Assembly (NCBI GenBank): GCA_977862235.1
Contig: OZ374563.1
Location: 558,001-622,000, forward strand
Direction: 5' to 3'
Source of the DNA: Dudresnaya verticillata
Taxonomy: Eukaryota
Length of the DNA stretch: 64,000 nt
Positions 11,893-25,953 of this stretch are shown here, one piece after another (the stretch's first letter is position 1; each line of letters begins with the position of its first letter). The position numbers were made by a program, and so were the translations under genes. Below the pieces are notes generated by a model. The model did no database searches. It was given only the letters and a program-made list of their open reading frames with translations, and was not told where the DNA came from.

Positions 11893-14800
11893 CTGCCGTC
11901 GAGTATCCAGTTGCTTTGCCGGGAAGGAGCCAACGTCACCCTGTCTAGGGAGACTGAATCCTGTTCGCCCTTGACTTCGAACACGACGACATGTGTTCCA
12001 CGGTCCATGACCTTGTATGGGCCCAGCGCCTCAGGAAACAGCTCGCCTTCGCGATCCACGCCATCCCCGTCTTTGACCCGAGTCTCGCGCTGTAGAAATA
12101 CCCAGCTTCCAACTCAAATATTCTGGTTAGCAGTTCGAACCCTTCGATCGAGCCAGCTTGATAGCGCTTTTGCGCGAGCCTCAAACGAAGAAGAGCCGTA
12201 TCCATCAACCGCTCTAATCGCTCTGATAAGCCTTTCTTGACATTCGTCGCGGGGACGTTAGCAACCTCCACCATCTCCGATCGCTCCAGTAGCAGGACGT
12301 TCGGGGGATTTGAGATCACCAGATCGAAAGGGGACAGCCCCGTGGCCTTATGCACAGTGGTGTTCTACGCGAACGGGAGTGCGTTAGAAAATCCATGCCA
12401 GTCGAGCTGATTCTCAGCAATAAAGTGCCTTAGCCCGGCTAGAATGGTAAGATTAAAGCGTTTGGTCTGGCCGTTAATTTGCGGGTGATATGTGGACGTA
12501 AATAGATTACGCACTCGCAGAATGCTGCAGATCGTCATGGAGACTTTTGAGGCAAACGCCGACCCATTGTCCGATAACACGTACCGCGGCGGTCCATAGA
12601 CATAAACCCAGTGGTCGCAAAAGGCCTTAGCGACGGTATAGGCCGTACTTTTCTTGAGCGGAACAGTCCGTGTTAACTTCGAGAAGCGATCCGTTATCGC
12701 GAGTAAGTACTCATTGTCTTTGCTTGACTTGTTCAATGGACCAAAAATGCCAATCCCGACAAATTCCAAGGGAGCAGTGGCTGGGAAGAGTTTGAGAAAC
12801 GAAGTATGCTTCCTGAGCTTGACTCGTTCTTTCGCGCACTGTACACAATTCCGAACCGTTGAATAGACGGCTAAGGCCATATCTGGCCAATACACTTGCC
12901 GACGCAGGTCGTGGAAAATACGTGTTCCCCCAGGGGGGCCAGCTAGGCCTAGGCCCGGGCCGGGTAATGGGCCAAATGTAGCACCCTTTCGCGAAGGGTC
13001 GCGGGTATGAGAACGTGTATGGACCCATCCACATAGGCCTTTCGAGCGAGGAGCCCTCGTTCGTCTTCCAAGTAGCATCCGGGGTTTCCCTATCAAGGCG
13101 CTTTTGCACGTCTAGGCAGAATGTGTCTCGCTTTTGCTCTTGGAGCAGCTCGTCTACCGTCAATTGGGAGACACTGCCCTCGTTGGCTTGTTTCTCCGCC
13201 GCATGGGCGATAAGTATCTCGTCCTCCAGTTGGCCGTGATCATCCTCGAGCTCTATATCCCAGGTCTTGAGTGGGGCTGCGTCGTGGGCCGCCCCGTTTG
13301 ACACTTGCTTCTCTTCTGGTACACCTTGGGTTAGGCTCCCTTCATCCGTAATGACGAAGCAGGGTATCTCGAGGTCGGGTTCCGTGTGAGTGTAGCCCCA
13401 AGTCTGTAAGCGCGACACAGCGTCCGCAATCCGGTTCTTCCGACCTGTCCGGTACTATACCGTAACGTAATACTCCAAAAGGCGGAGCCTTCATCTTGCT
13501 AAGCGTCCGGACGCGTCATACATACTCATGATCCAGCGTAGCGCTTGATGGTCCGTGAAAAGATCGAAGTAAGATCGTTACAAATAGGTTCGCAATATTT
13601 GTATCGCCCATACGACTGCGAGACACTCTTTCTCGCCTACTGAGTAATTCTTCTCAGCTTTCGTCAGCGAACGGCTGCAGAAGCCAATAGGGTGTCGATC
13701 ACCGTTCCCATCAGTCTGCATTAGGGCACACAGCCCACTTGATAGTCACATGCGTCGTTTTCGACTGATAGTTGGCGTCCCACTTGCGGGAGTTGTAGTA
13801 TTGGCGGAGCCACGAGTTCTTTTTCAAAAGCGATAAAGAATCTCCTTGCTCCTCGTTGAACGTTGGGAGGTTTAAGTCCACTGTCTTCTGTAGTACTGAA
13901 TTAAGCGGAGCTGCGACCCTCGCAAAGTTGGGCACGAACCGTCTATACACGTTACACAAGCCGAGGAAGGAGCGCAGCTGCGTTTGCATACTTGGTTCCC
14001 TAAACCTGTCAATGGCTTCCGTATTCTTCGAGGCGACCTCCAGGAGGCCAGGAAGGACCACGTGTCCTAGATAATCGACGCTCTTCGCAAATAAGTGACA
14101 TTTATTCAACTCGAGAGATACTCCTGCTTTCTGGAGTATCTCAAAGATTTCCTTCCCGTGAGCCAGGTGCTCTTTGCCGTTCTTGGAAAAGATAATAATA
14201 TCGTCCAAGTATACCAAACAGGACGTCCACCTGAATCCCGAGAGGAGAATGTCGACCGTTCGCTGGAACGTAGCTGGCGCATTGCAAATCCCAAGGGGCA
14301 TGCGGCAAAATTGGAAGCATCCAGCGTGACAAGTAAACGCCGTCTTTGGCTGATCTTCCTTGGCGACCGGTATCTGCCAGTAGCCAGAATTACAATTAAG
14401 TGTTGTGAAGAATTGGGCATTTCCCAGAGAATCTATACACTCGTCCATACGAGGTAAGGGATAAGAATCCTTGATCGTTACTGCGTTAAGCTCTTGATAG
14501 TCGACGCAAAAGCGTAGGGAGCCATCAGGCTTATTGACCAGCACGACCGGGCTCGGGAATTCTGACCGAGCGGGCTGTATGACCCCTGCTTCTAACATCT
14601 TGGTTACTTCCTCTTGTTCAGCTTGTCGAGCTTTGGGACCTGCCCTGTATGGCTGTGAGAAGACGGGCTTCGTTCCCGGTTTGAGCTCGATACGGTGCTC
14701 CGTGACTTTGATAGTCCCGAGTTGTCCACTCCACATGTCCGAGAAGGGCCGGAGCATCTTGCGTACGCGACGCTGATACTTTGGTTCCAAGTGGGAAAGA

Positions 14801-17247
14801 TTTAGGTCTTCGACCGCCATATTGGCGACCGAGGCCTTAATTCCCGGTTTCGGATCCGTATCCGGAGAAAAGGCGGCAGCAAGCCCTGAACCCCCCCACA
14901 TCGAGCGACGGCTCTTCATCTTTATGAGCGTAAGAGGCGTCCTCGAAGGACAGAGCGAAAACTGGGGTGGTAGATGGAGCCGGGATGGCTTGGCCAATCT
15001 TCTCGCGTTTGGCTAGTCTTTGAGGCCCTCGAGAGAAATTTGCGACCTTGACCCGGAATGGGGTTAGGTGCACGTCAATGATGCCATTAGTAGCAAGAGA
15101 CCCTGGCGGTCATAAAGTCTCTGGAATGAATCCATGAGGTGAACGCCGCGTGCCGGGCACGTGACCGTGACCCATGCTTCGGACGCCGAGGGTATGGTAA
15201 TCGAGTGTGTGACTCGGAGGTGCCGTGGCTCCGGAGGAGCTGGTGGGACATCCGAGGGCTCCGCTGGATTCGAAGCGCGTGGAAGGCGGCATCGTCGACG
15301 TAGGATCAGGTGTATGGACCCATCACGCAAAACGGCGCATTGGCGCTTGATCCGTAGGTTATCGGAATGTTGGTCGATGAAGGTACACCCCATTATCACA
15401 TCCACTGCTAAATCTTGAACGACGATGAAAGGTTGCCGAACCGAGTAGGTTCCGATTCGGACTTACAGGGAGATAGTCCCTAAGATAGTTAGTTTGTGCT
15501 AAAGTTAGATTCACGATAGACCGGCCAGAAGCGATCTTCTTTCGATCCTCCGAGGAAAGAGCACCAGCTCGTATGAGGTTGGGGCGTGCCCCTGTATCCA
15601 GAACCGAAAGGACGCGAGAGAGTGTTTCAAGAGAGGCCCCAATGGACGCAGCCACTTTACAGTTATTTCGCGACAGCGCCCATATGGGATCCTTACAATA
15701 CTCATCAAAGGTCCGTCCTCGAGGTAGCCCCAGGGGGAGAGGTAGTATCTTCTTCGGAAGGAGGTTTCCTTCTACTTCTGGTGCCGGCCGATGCGTGCTT
15801 CACGGGGACTGCTGGTCTTCCTCATGTGATCGGTTGAGGGACCCCGGGTCGCCTAGCAAGAGCTGCGGGGCGACGGGGCCCAAGGTTCCCCAGTCTAGTG
15901 TTTTGGCACACGGCCGTTTCTTTCTGATGGGGATGCCGGCAATGGCGGAGGCGGCAGAAAGGGTCTACCAACAAGGCGAGGAGAACGCGGATTACTCCGC
16001 GGCCTATCCACAAGATGGTTGAGCGTTTCGGCGAACTGCAGTTGGGGACCTGACGATCGGGGTGCCCCCTGTTCTCCCGTTGAGGGTTGGAGGTTGCCTC
16101 GGTGAAATGTCGGCGTGAATTTTTAGGACCCTGATCCGAGGGACGCATCTCATTTGCGAATGACGGCGAACGGCCCACGGTGGCAAGCCATTCCCGTTGC
16201 TCCCTGGAGAGTTGAGCGTAGTGATGCCGTAGAATCTGCGAGAAGCCGCGCCCGTCTGTTCGCGCCAGATAGGGGCAATTGGGCCTTTTACGGCCGATGC
16301 CCAGACATTTGAAGCAGATGTCATTCGGCCTATCTTCCACGACAAGCCAGCCGGGACGCTGTGTGCGAGATGGTTGGGCCCAAGAGGGGAGCCTCGGATT
16401 CTGGTTAGATAGTACCGCAATAACGGATTCATAAAAGCTGTCCGTAGCGTCAGACGGGGCTGTGAACCAGACGTCCGAAGCGGTTACGGACGAATCCGGC
16501 GCTTGGCTGTCGATGGCCGCCACCACTGCGTCTTCAGAATCGTAGCTAGTCCTTGTTGAGCCACCACCGTCACTTGAAGCAACTTCAGTGACGGGGCGTC
16601 CCTCTTGGACCAGGAGCGCACGACCGGCCTTCTGGGTTTGATGGACGACTTTCGTCGCAACACTGAATTACCAGAGAAACTTTCTCGACGCCCAGCACCC
16701 ATGAGGGCCCGGTGCGAGTCACCTTGGGCTGTAGCCAGCTCCACATAGTCGGCTCGTCTAGCCGTTCGCGGCTCCAAACCCGAATTGCTCAACAAAGAGT
16801 CGTCGCCGGCAAGAGTCCACGGATGAACCTGGTGATCAGGTCCTGCTCGGAGTAGACACCCGCGAACTTTCGCGCCTTATTCTGGAGGCGTCGTGAGAAG
16901 GTAATTTTGTCTTCATCCTCGGCTTGGGCCATCCGATCCATTTCCGAGGCTATCCTCTCGATGTATACATCCTTCGCATATGTGTGTAGGAGGTAATTTA
17001 CGGCCTCGGGCCACTCGGAGAATCCTCCATTATCATCTCCTGCCATGTCGAATTTGGCTTCGAACATATCTCGGGTATCCTTATCTAGGAATTCGGGGAG
17101 CACGAGAATTGCCGCCCCTTCGCTCACCCGGGCTTGGTCCAGTTGAAGCTTAAAAGCCGCTAAAAAGCCAATAATCGCAAACGGATCGCTTCCGTTAAAC
17201 TTGCGACGCTTCTTCAGGGACTTGATCCTCATGATTTTCTTCGACCT
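11893..17247 (-). mobile_element. Ty3/gypsy retrotransposon A, decayed internal region (gag, protease, RT, RNase H, integrase); no LTRs retained
   Basis: gag FNGSDP...WPEAVNYLL (16789-17232); protease VLDTGA; RT LRFCVDY...YLDDIII (13711-14997); RNase H ~13420-13750; integrase CVQC...SDNG...QINGQTKR (12365-13096). PR-RT-RH-IN order. Confidence 0.92.
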
Positions 17248-19843
17248 GTCCTCAGTGGACGAACTTCTGACTCACGTAAGAGAAATACTGACTATCCTGA
17301 AGGATGCTGGCGTTTCGCCGAAACTACGGAAGTTTAACTTTTTTTAGGAAGAGTGTCAACTATCTGGGGCCTGTGAATCGTCTCGGTCTCTTGGAGATCG
17401 CAACCAAGAATACTCAAGCAATAGAGGGATTTACCGAGCCGCGGACTCAGGCGCAATTGAGGTCCTTACTCGGACTCTGTAATATCTATCGACGGTTTGT
17501 CCCAAACTTCGCGCGAGTCGCCACACCTCTCAACTCCTTTCTGTATACAGAAAGATGTAGAGTTTGATCTACCACCCTTTGGCGAAAAGGAGACGGAAGC
17601 TTTCGAGCTGCTGAAACGCGCGCTAATCGCGCCCCCTATTCCACAACTACCAAAGCTGGGAGGTAATGTCTCGGTCGACACCGACGCTTGCGAATACCAA
17701 GTAGTCTGTGCACTCATGCAAATGAACGATAAGGGCGAAAGACATCCCATTGGATTCTGGAGTCGAAGGCTGACGCCTGCTGAGAAGAATTACTCCGTCG
17801 GAGAGAAAGAATGTCTCGCCGTCGTATGGGCCGTTCAAATATTACGTCCATACTTGGAGCGAACGCATTTCAATTTGTACACAGATCATCAAGCACTGAA
17901 GTGGATTATGAGTATGACCGACACGTCGGGACGCTTAGCGAGATGGCGATTAGGCTTACTCGAGTACGAGTTTACAGCCCAATACAAGAAGGGTAAGAGG
18001 AACCAAATGGCAGACGATGTCTCGCGCCTTCCTACATTTGGCTATACGAGCCGTGAGCTGGATCTATAAATTCCGTGTTATATCATCGAGGATGACCCCT
18101 CCGGGACGACTAAGTCCCATCCATGGATTAACGGTCCAATCGAATCAGAAGAAATCGAGCCCCTGGATGAACCGTCCTCGGAAGATGAATTACTAGTGGC
18201 GACCGCCGAGAAGTAAGTGGATGAGAAATCCCTGTCGCTCTTGACTATCGAGAAGCTCCTCCGTGAGCAGAAAACAGATCCCTTCTGTCTACATATTAGA
18301 GCTGGGATAGAGGGTGGGCGACCCGAATGCTACCTCGAGGACGAACGCGGTCTACTCGCCCGAAAGGCTCCCATTGATGGAGCACTACAGGTGGTCATGC
18401 CCGCAACGCTACAGGATCGAGTATTACACCTGGCTCATTACCCAGCGATGGCCGGACATCCAGGTGGCACGCGCATGTATCAAAACATGCGGCGCCAGGT
18501 ATATTGGCCACACATGGCATTCGCGGTGTACGATACCGTACGCAATTGCGTGACCTGTGCCAGGGAGAGAGTACAACTGCGAAAGCACACTTCGTTTATG
18601 AAGTTACTCCCGGCGACCGTGCCTCTCTAATTCGTCGGCATTGACATCTTGGGCCCGCTTCCCCGGTCAGGCAAAGGTAATAAATACCTACTCATTATTA
18701 CGGATCGCTTCTTTAAGATTACCGGGGCGATCCCCCTTAAGACCATGACTGCCTATACAGTAACGAAAGCTTTCTGCGACCAGTGGGTCTACGTCTATGG
18801 ACCGCCATGATATCTCCTCTCGGACAACGGGTCCCAATTCGCATCGAAGTTCTTTATGGAAGTGGGCAGCATTCTGCGAGTCCGCAATCTAATTACGTCA
18901 ACTTACTACGGTAGTGGGGGTAACCCCAGTAGAACGGGCAAACTGAGCGATTCAACCGCACGCTCCTGGCTGGATTGCGCGACTTCATCGCTGAGGATCA
19001 TACTGATTGGGATGCGTTTAGCCCTGCGTTAACGTACTTCTACAACACTACTGTCCACAAAGCAACCGGATTCGCCCTTGTAGATCTCGTTCTCTCGAAC
19101 CCTCCTACTTCCATTTTGATGGAAGTCGCCGAGACGGTGGACGTGGCAAACGTACCCGCTAACAATGTCAAGAAACGTCTAACACGCCGACTCGATAAAT
19201 TGATGGAGACGGCTCTCCCTCGCTTGCGCCTAGCGCAGAAACCCTACGAGGAAAACTTCATTAATAGGATGCGTCCTGCCAAGGAGAAAATACGTCCAGG
19301 ACATTGGGTGTTTAAACAGCGAGAGACCAAGCTCAAAGACGCAGACGGCGTGACACGCAAAGGTAAACTGCTACCAAAGGCACTGGGCCCGTACAAGGTC
19401 GTGGAGCGGAGCACCCACGTGATCGTGATCGACGTTAAAGGCGAAATAGAAACCATCTCGCTAGATCGCGTAGCGTTGGCGCCCACGCCTCATAAAATGC
19501 TGGAGCCCAAGGGTAAACTCCCACAATTGTCGCGTCGCCTGCCCCCGAGTCTACTTTGGCCAGCCAAGGCGCGGGACCTCCCTTTCCTCCAATCGAACCA
19601 CCACGCTCTTTCTGATGCTTACGCAAAACCTTGGCTCGAGAGCATGTGTACGATCGCAACGTCGATTACGCCCCGCTGGAACAGCTATATCGGATACGTT
19701 GGTATCAGGCCCCCGCGACAAAAGACACGTGGGAGCCAAGGGGAATCCTCCCCCATAATCTCGTAGCGCGCTACCACCGCACCAAGTTAATACACTATGA
19801 ATCACAAGGTGGGTTACTGTCCCAGGGGCCGTTGCCCGAATAA
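17248..19843 (+). mobile_element. Ty3/gypsy retrotransposon B (same family as A, opposite strand): RT C-terminus, RNase H, integrase, chromodomain-like tail; decayed
   Basis: DTDACEYQ...EKECLAVVWA...TDHQAL...MADDVSR; GHPGG...CVTC; GPY; YRIRWYQAPATKDTWEP (19631-19843). Confidence 0.92.
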
Positions 19844-20646
19844 CGTGAAAACAACCGTCAAGTGTGGGCTAATGAGCCGAGTCAAGTAAATAAGGCGATG
19901 AGTCTCGAGATGCGTTCCGACGAGCTGATGTGGATAGATGTATATGAATGCTGGAAGAAGCCTGGGTAGATGCGCTCTGCGGAGCTAAATTGGATAGATG
20001 CTAGACGAGCGGATGTGGATAGATGAAATCTGGCAGAAGCCTGGATACATGCGCTCTGCGAAGCTGAGATGAGTAGAAACGGTGCCTACTGGCACCACAG
20101 GCAACTACATATGTGTACATATGTGTATAGATGACACTACGCTGTACAGCGACTACCTTGAAAAGGAGCAGGAAGCTCACAAGGACAGCGACACTTCCCC
20201 TGCTCGGGCTCACGGCGAGCGCGCCATGGTCGCGCTTACGGCAAAGGACACAGCCAATCATGGCGGTTTACATCCCCGGTGCCGCCACTAAACACCCGCT
20301 GTGAAGCCTCGCGCCAACAACAACAACGCGGCGCGCGCTTAATATCAATTTTGTTCACTCTACAGTACGCACTGTACTCTAAATTTGAGTGAAATCCCCC
20401 TGTAAAGGGACGCACTGGCTTAGAGCATTCCGCAAGCAGGAAGACGTGGACACGCGATAGTGTCTACGCTAAGTCATAGCGACGTTGGAATACCGCCGCG
20501 CTGTGGGCGAGAAGACTCGGTCAATGCAATTTTACTCAGGCGTCGCAACGCGGAAAGGTCCACTAGCTGCTAGGGCGTTCCCCGCTCACGTCCATCTACT
20601 ATCCCTAAGGAGCGTCCTGCGCAAGCACTACGATGTGGAAGGGACT

Positions 20647-22435
20647 TCAGTCCGATTTAGAGTCCATCAGGTCGATGACCTCGTTTGGGCGCAACGGCGG
20701 ATTCGCGACGGGCCCCTGCCCTGGCATCATGGGCACGCAACGGATCTCGCGCACGATGCGACGGCCGTGTCCGCGCCGGGCCTCGCCTCCTCGCGCGGGA
20801 ACCTCACCACCAGCCTGGCTAGGCCCGGCACCACCATCGCCTGGCGGCGCGAGACCTTCCTGGATACCCATGTCTTCTTCCTCGCGTTACTCCTTGAGTA
20901 GCAACTCAGTCGTGACGATCACCTCGTTAGTAGCAGCGTCAGCTGGGGGAGCGACAGTGGTCGTATCAGGGAGGGACACCTTGAGTTGCAACGCGTGGCC
21001 AGCTGGAACTTCCGGCACCGGTAAGTCGATCGTCACCTCCATAGGTGACACCGGCGGAGCGATCCCCCCTTGGACACCGGAGGGAAGCTGAGGCGCAGCG
21101 GTGGATGGAGCAACAGTCGGCAGACCCGAAGTAGTGACCAAATAGCCCTCGCGCGGGACGCTTGATACATCGGCAGTCGTGCCTTCGCGAGAATCCGTGC
21201 CTGGCCGACAACCACTCAGTGTCACAGGAGCGCCCGCATTTGGAAACAAGCTAGCTCGACGGCATTGATGGCCCAACCCCAGACAGTAGCGGCTTGCAAG
21301 TCGCGGATCTCTCGACATGGAGGCTGACGCACTCGCACTCGGCGTGCTCGACGCCACCGATGGCCCTACCACAGCGGAACCCACCGGAGCCCCCTCTTGC
21401 GCTTGCTCAGACCCCGCGTTGGCATGCTGCCCGATTGGCAGGATCACAGCCAAAGACACCTTCAACGCCTGGATGGGCTGCGTGAGCTCACCCAATTGGC
21501 TTCGTAGTAGCATAGGAAATCCTCTACTCAGTCAGTCAAGCTGAAGAGAGTTACGTTTGTGACCTCCCAATGGACTGCAAAGCGGATGGCGAGCCCCGCC
21601 GGTTGAACAAGTCCCGGATAGCGGCATCGGCCCTCGCGGCGTTTCGAATCCTTGGCGCATACGGCCCTTGCGGCTGCCCTGACACAGTGGTGTCCGTCTG
21701 CGGCACGTCAGCCGGAGTTGCTGGACCATCACTTGGAGTACTCTGCCAATCCTTGGTATACCCGGTCATACGAACCCCTGTATCCACGAGAAGCATGTCT
21801 CCATTGCTGGGCTGCGGCTGCAGTAATTACTCCGGTAGGAGCAGGTTCCACTCCATCGCGTCAAAGCTGACCCAATCGTCTCGGTCGAACACTGGCGTAA
21901 CAAACCCAGTGTTCTCCGGCAAGTAGCGGTTTCCCTTATTGACTCTGCTTCAACGGATACGCTTGTACTACAACGCTCAAAACATACAAGGAGCGCCTTC
22001 AAGTCAGCAGTATCGTCAGAATTAGCCATAAGCGGCCGACGCCAAGTCCACAGATCTCCCCACGCAGCCGGGCCTTAATGTAGTACAAATAGCCCCTACG
22101 GGCCTCGAGAATGAAGGTCAGGGCAACCATGACCCCCCACTCCTTACGGAAGATCATCCACAGGAGACCTTGGTGATAACTTTCGTTCATCATATCAAGG
22201 CCTCTGTACGCCACGACCGGCGGTGTGCCGAAGAGCATGGAGTAGGAGACTTCATAATCGCGGTGGTCCGTGGGGATCGGGACGCACTTCCCCGTGTAAA
22301 CCTCGGGCTTGATGGCCACAACCTGTTGACAGAGCGCCGGTACGAAACTCCCGATCCGATGACGGTGACGACTCTGAAAGCGGAGAAGATCGAGAGACAT
22401 CGTCGCATGCGGATTATCCAGTGCATACTTGAAAT
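20647..22435 (-). pseudogene. Second ORF-X homologue (C-terminal part), antisense and convergent to gypsy B pol
   Basis: PPVVAY...RKEWGVMVALTFILEARRG aligns by eye with PPCVWY...KVEFLDLLAATWHNEAIRG in ORF 3166-3906; followed by a run of minus-strand ORFs down to 20647. Confidence 0.6.
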
Positions 22436-22599
22436 TGTGTTGCAAGACCCCGGGGATAAGCCCCGTTTTTATATCGCCACACCCGCTCGCGCGGTGAGCG
22501 GACGGCGGATCAACCGCGGACAGAGCATACGCCAATAACGGCCGAGTTGAACGGGCACCGCGAAAGCGCGCTTCTTTAAGACGCGCACGATGGCGTACT
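22436..22599 (+). repeat. Truncated gypsy LTR 5' end
   Basis: TGTGTTGCAAGACCCCGGGG...CCCCGTTTTTATATCGC matches the LTR start at 34250 (minus strand TGTGGTGCAGGGACCCGG...CCCCGTTTTATATCGC). Confidence 0.7.
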
Positions 22600-24260
22600 T
22601 CGGTCATCACCTTCTTTGGATACGCTGCGTTTGGGGAGACGAGGGACTGGGGATTTGACAGTTCATCTCGGAGATCTTCCCAGGCCGTCTGTTGCTCATT
22701 AGTCCAACGCTTGTGCCAATATGGTATGTGCAGAACTTGCTTTCGGCTCTTTCGTTTCTTGTTGAAACCAGATCCAACCAACAGATCGTAAAGGGGGCGC
22801 ATACTGTCTGAAACGTTCGGCACAAAGTCCGAAAAGAATGTAACAAGGCCAATGAAACGTAATAGCTCTGTTCCTTTTTCTGGGGGACGCAGGTTTCGAA
22901 TTGCCTTAACATGAGTTTGAGATGGCAATAGACCGTCAGGCGTCACTTCATGACTTAGAATCTCCACGCGTCGCTTTCCAAAAGTGCATTTGGATAAACG
23001 GAGCTTCATTCCAGCGTCTTTCATTCTCTCTAAGACTTTATCCAACTCCACGATATGCGATACAGCATCTTCAGTACCCACACTTCCATCGTCCATGAAT
23101 GCCCAGACGCTTCGACCTTTGAACTCTCCAAGGACATAGTTAACTATGCGTTGGAAAACAGCAGGGCTGTTCTTAAGGCCTTGGGGAAGACGGTTGTACC
23201 AAAAAGGGCCAAGAACCGTTCGAATGGCTGTGTAGATACGTGAAGACTTGTCCAGCTCAACCTGGAAGTAGCCATCTTTCAGGTCAAAGGTCGAAAATAT
23301 TTTCTTTGAATAAAGCCAGTCAATGGTTTCCTTCACACCCTCCATGGGGTAACAGTCGGTAACTGTCACTGAGTTCAATTTGCGGAAGTCGGTGGTGCAG
23401 CGAAGCGACCCATCTTTTTTGCGAACAAAACGTTCGTAGCAGCCCAAGGTGACTCTGCCTTCTCCAGAATGCCTTTTGCTTCCAGATGCCTTACCATGTC
23501 GCGTTCCGCTTCTTGTTCCTTAGGGTATCTTCTTCGTATTGGAAGGGCAGCAGGGACAGCACCTTCCTTGAGCAACATGCGGTGCTTGTAGCCTTCTATT
23601 TTTCCAACGCCCTTGAAAATGTCCCGATGTGTAAACAGTACAGCCCTTAATCGTTCTTGCATCTTCCGACTTGCGTGGAATTTGCTGAGGTCCATTTCAG
23701 CGATCACCTGATCCACATCACATTCCTCAGCTACGAGCCTGGTAGCCTCGGAGTCAGAAGCACCGTTCAACCTTATTTTTCCTTCATAACACTGCCTGTT
23801 AACATAAATGCTGCCGGTCATGTTTTCAAGTCTAGACGATGGGCATATTGAATCCAAAAACGTGTACTGATGAGCACCGTACTAGGCAAAGCGCTTAGAA
23901 CTTTCACAGGATAGTTGTTGAAGGTACACCCCCATAAAGTGAAATTCATTGTGCCTGTCCCCACCACATCAAGTGGGTTGCCAGCAACTCCAGATGCTGT
24001 AGGAAGTTTAATGGTATTGATGGAACGACCGAGACCACGGAAGAAACCCTCGTCAACCCACATCGCGAAAGCACCTGAGTCGTGAACTGCTTCAACCATC
24101 GACGAATTTCCAACGTCGATATCCACAACCAGGTCGGGCGGTGTATCCTCTTCCACTGCATCATCGTCGAAATGCTCAAATAAATCGTTGCAACTGCTGT
24201 GCTCGTTGCAAAGCTGAAGTTTGTCTGAAGTTTTTCTTTTCTCGGAGGTTGTCCCGTTCT

Positions 24261-25487
24261 TTAACGGCACGGAACACTCCCTTCTGCGTTTTCCTGATTT
24301 CCGTTCGAGTTCTTGTTATTATCCTTAGCTGGCTGATCATCAACTCGTGTGGGTCGGTCGACAGCAGCTGTATCAGCTCCCGCCGTCTCATGACGGTGCT
24401 TAGGATGCATTTTACACCTCCAGCTCCTTGCGGTGTGACCAGGTTCATTGCACCTATAGCAAACTACAGTTGAGGTAGAACCGCTAGGCGTAGTTTTTGT
24501 ATCAGTAGGGGTCGAAACCGGCTGTTGTGTTACTGAAGCTTTGCTCTCTAGACCTTCCTTAACAGGCTTTACAGCCTCACCACGCCTATAGTTGCAAGCA
24601 CGGGCAATATTTGAGAGTGCAGACACTAGATCGTCAAAACGTCCTGAGATGCCATATGCATGAGGCTGTAGACGTTCGGGTTGACCTTTGATGAATGTGG
24701 CTTGTATCATATGATCATCATACGAAAGGGCAGACCCAAGTTGCCTCACCCGATTTGCAAACTCTTCCAACGTTTCTTTTCTTTCCAGCCAACTGCCTTG
24801 GAGAAAATCTGCATGCTTTGCTCTAATATGACTTGTCTTATAGAGATTGTCTTCTAATTTGTCCCAGAGAGATATAGAAGAAACATCAGGATGTTCACAA
24901 ACAACTTTGCTGGCGACAACCAATGCGACACCCTGAAATGCTATCATTGCCATCTCTTTCTCCATGTCATCGGATAGATTAAACTTCTGGTGCAGTCTTC
25001 TGAAGTTAGATAGAGCAGCTGGAAAGTTCGAATCTCCACGTGTCCTAACCTTGTTAAGGCTCATAGTCTTCTGCCAGATTTGTACTCGAACTTTATCCGT
25101 GGTACCACCGTCCTGTGACCGCCGGCTCGATGGCTCATCAATAGTTTGCTTCATTTCTTGCTCAATAACAGAGTTAGGTTGTTCGGATGTAGACAATTTC
25201 ACCTCTGTGTCGACTTTCCTGCTACCAATGGACGGGTCTTGAGCAGGTGTAGAAATGTTCAAGGATATCACGCGCTCCAATGCAGTACTTATCGAGTTGA
25301 GTTCGGACATCATGATTGCGTTCTGCTGCGTGATACCATCCACTGTAGTCTTAAGGTCTGAGACGTTGGCTTCCAGAACTTCGTTTGCTTTCTGAAGCTC
25401 TTCGAAAGACTCAGCAATTTCTCCAGCCCGATTCGATGCATCTGCTCTAGTTACAGGGGGTACCATTTTGGTAGCTGCTTCGAACAC
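24261..25487 (-). CDS. gag: Gag protein of gypsy C
   Basis: Open 408 codons; coiled-coil N-terminus, capsid-like ETLEEFANRV, CCHC-type knuckle; overlaps the protease ORF. Confidence 0.85.
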   Translation of the reverse strand: MFEAATKMVPPVTRADASNRAGEIAESFEELQKANEVLEANVSDLKTTVDGITQQNAIMMSELNSISTALERVISLNISTPAQDPSIGSRKVDTEVKLSTSEQPNSVIEQEMKQTIDEPSSRRSQDGGTTDKVRVQIWQKTMSLNKVRTRGDSNFPAALSNFRRLHQKFNLSDDMEKEMAMIAFQGVALVVASKVVCEHPDVSSISLWDKLEDNLYKTSHIRAKHADFLQGSWLERKETLEEFANRVRQLGSALSYDDHMIQATFIKGQPERLQPHAYGISGRFDDLVSALSNIARACNYRRGEAVKPVKEGLESKASVTQQPVSTPTDTKTTPSGSTSTVVCYRCNEPGHTARSWRCKMHPKHRHETAGADTAAVDRPTRVDDQPAKDNNKNSNGNQENAEGSVPCR

Positions 25488-25539
25488 CGAGGAGCGTGAT
25501 CTTTCCCGTGAAGAGTTCCTGACCTCACTTCACCACTTT

Positions 25540-25953
25540 TGGAGTTAGTGTGCTGATGACAGAACAACACACATTATTTCGAAATAATGTTGCAAAAGCT
25601 CTTGTCGTTGTTGTTGTTGTTTCTAGTCCGAACTTCTCCATTTTGTCCTTATCTACTGCACAGAGTGCGTGAACGCAAGTGCTCAAAGTATTCTAAATCA
25701 AACAGCTACACTTGCATGCGCACAACATACAAATCTAAACGTACTTCAATCTACAAATAACAGTCTAGCAAATCTGATGAATGTACTCCAAGCTATAGAT
25801 CGCGGTAACATCTCTGAACAGAATCAAGCAGTTCTGTGCAACACCACGTTGTACAAGCTAGAGAAACCGCTCTGTGTAACACCATTCAAACAGCTATGTA
25901 TAAAACCTGTCAAACCGCTCTGTGTAACATCTGTCAAACCGCTTTGTGTAACA
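25540..25953 (-). repeat. Putative 5' LTR of gypsy C, with internal ~24-bp tandem repeats
   Basis: Minus strand starts TGTTACAC and ends ...CTCCA, followed after 4 nt by TGGTG (PBS-like). AAACCGCTCTGTGTAAC-type units at ~25864-25953. Abuts an unrelated transposase fragment. Confidence 0.6.

Larger units (their letters stand above)
22600..25953 (-). mobile_element. Ty3/gypsy retrotransposon C: putative 5' LTR, gag, protease, RT; truncated at the start of RNase H
   Basis: gag 24261-25487 with zinc knuckle CYRCNEPGHTARSWRC; protease HDSGA; RT LRCTTDFR...FDLKDGY...AFMDD; breaks at KVMT. Confidence 0.9.

Noticed and set aside
21999..23447. 482-aa ORF as a novel RT fusion protein
   Set aside because: Chance read-through across two junctions: gypsy C RT, then an antisense LTR fragment (22436-22599), then the ORF-X remnant.
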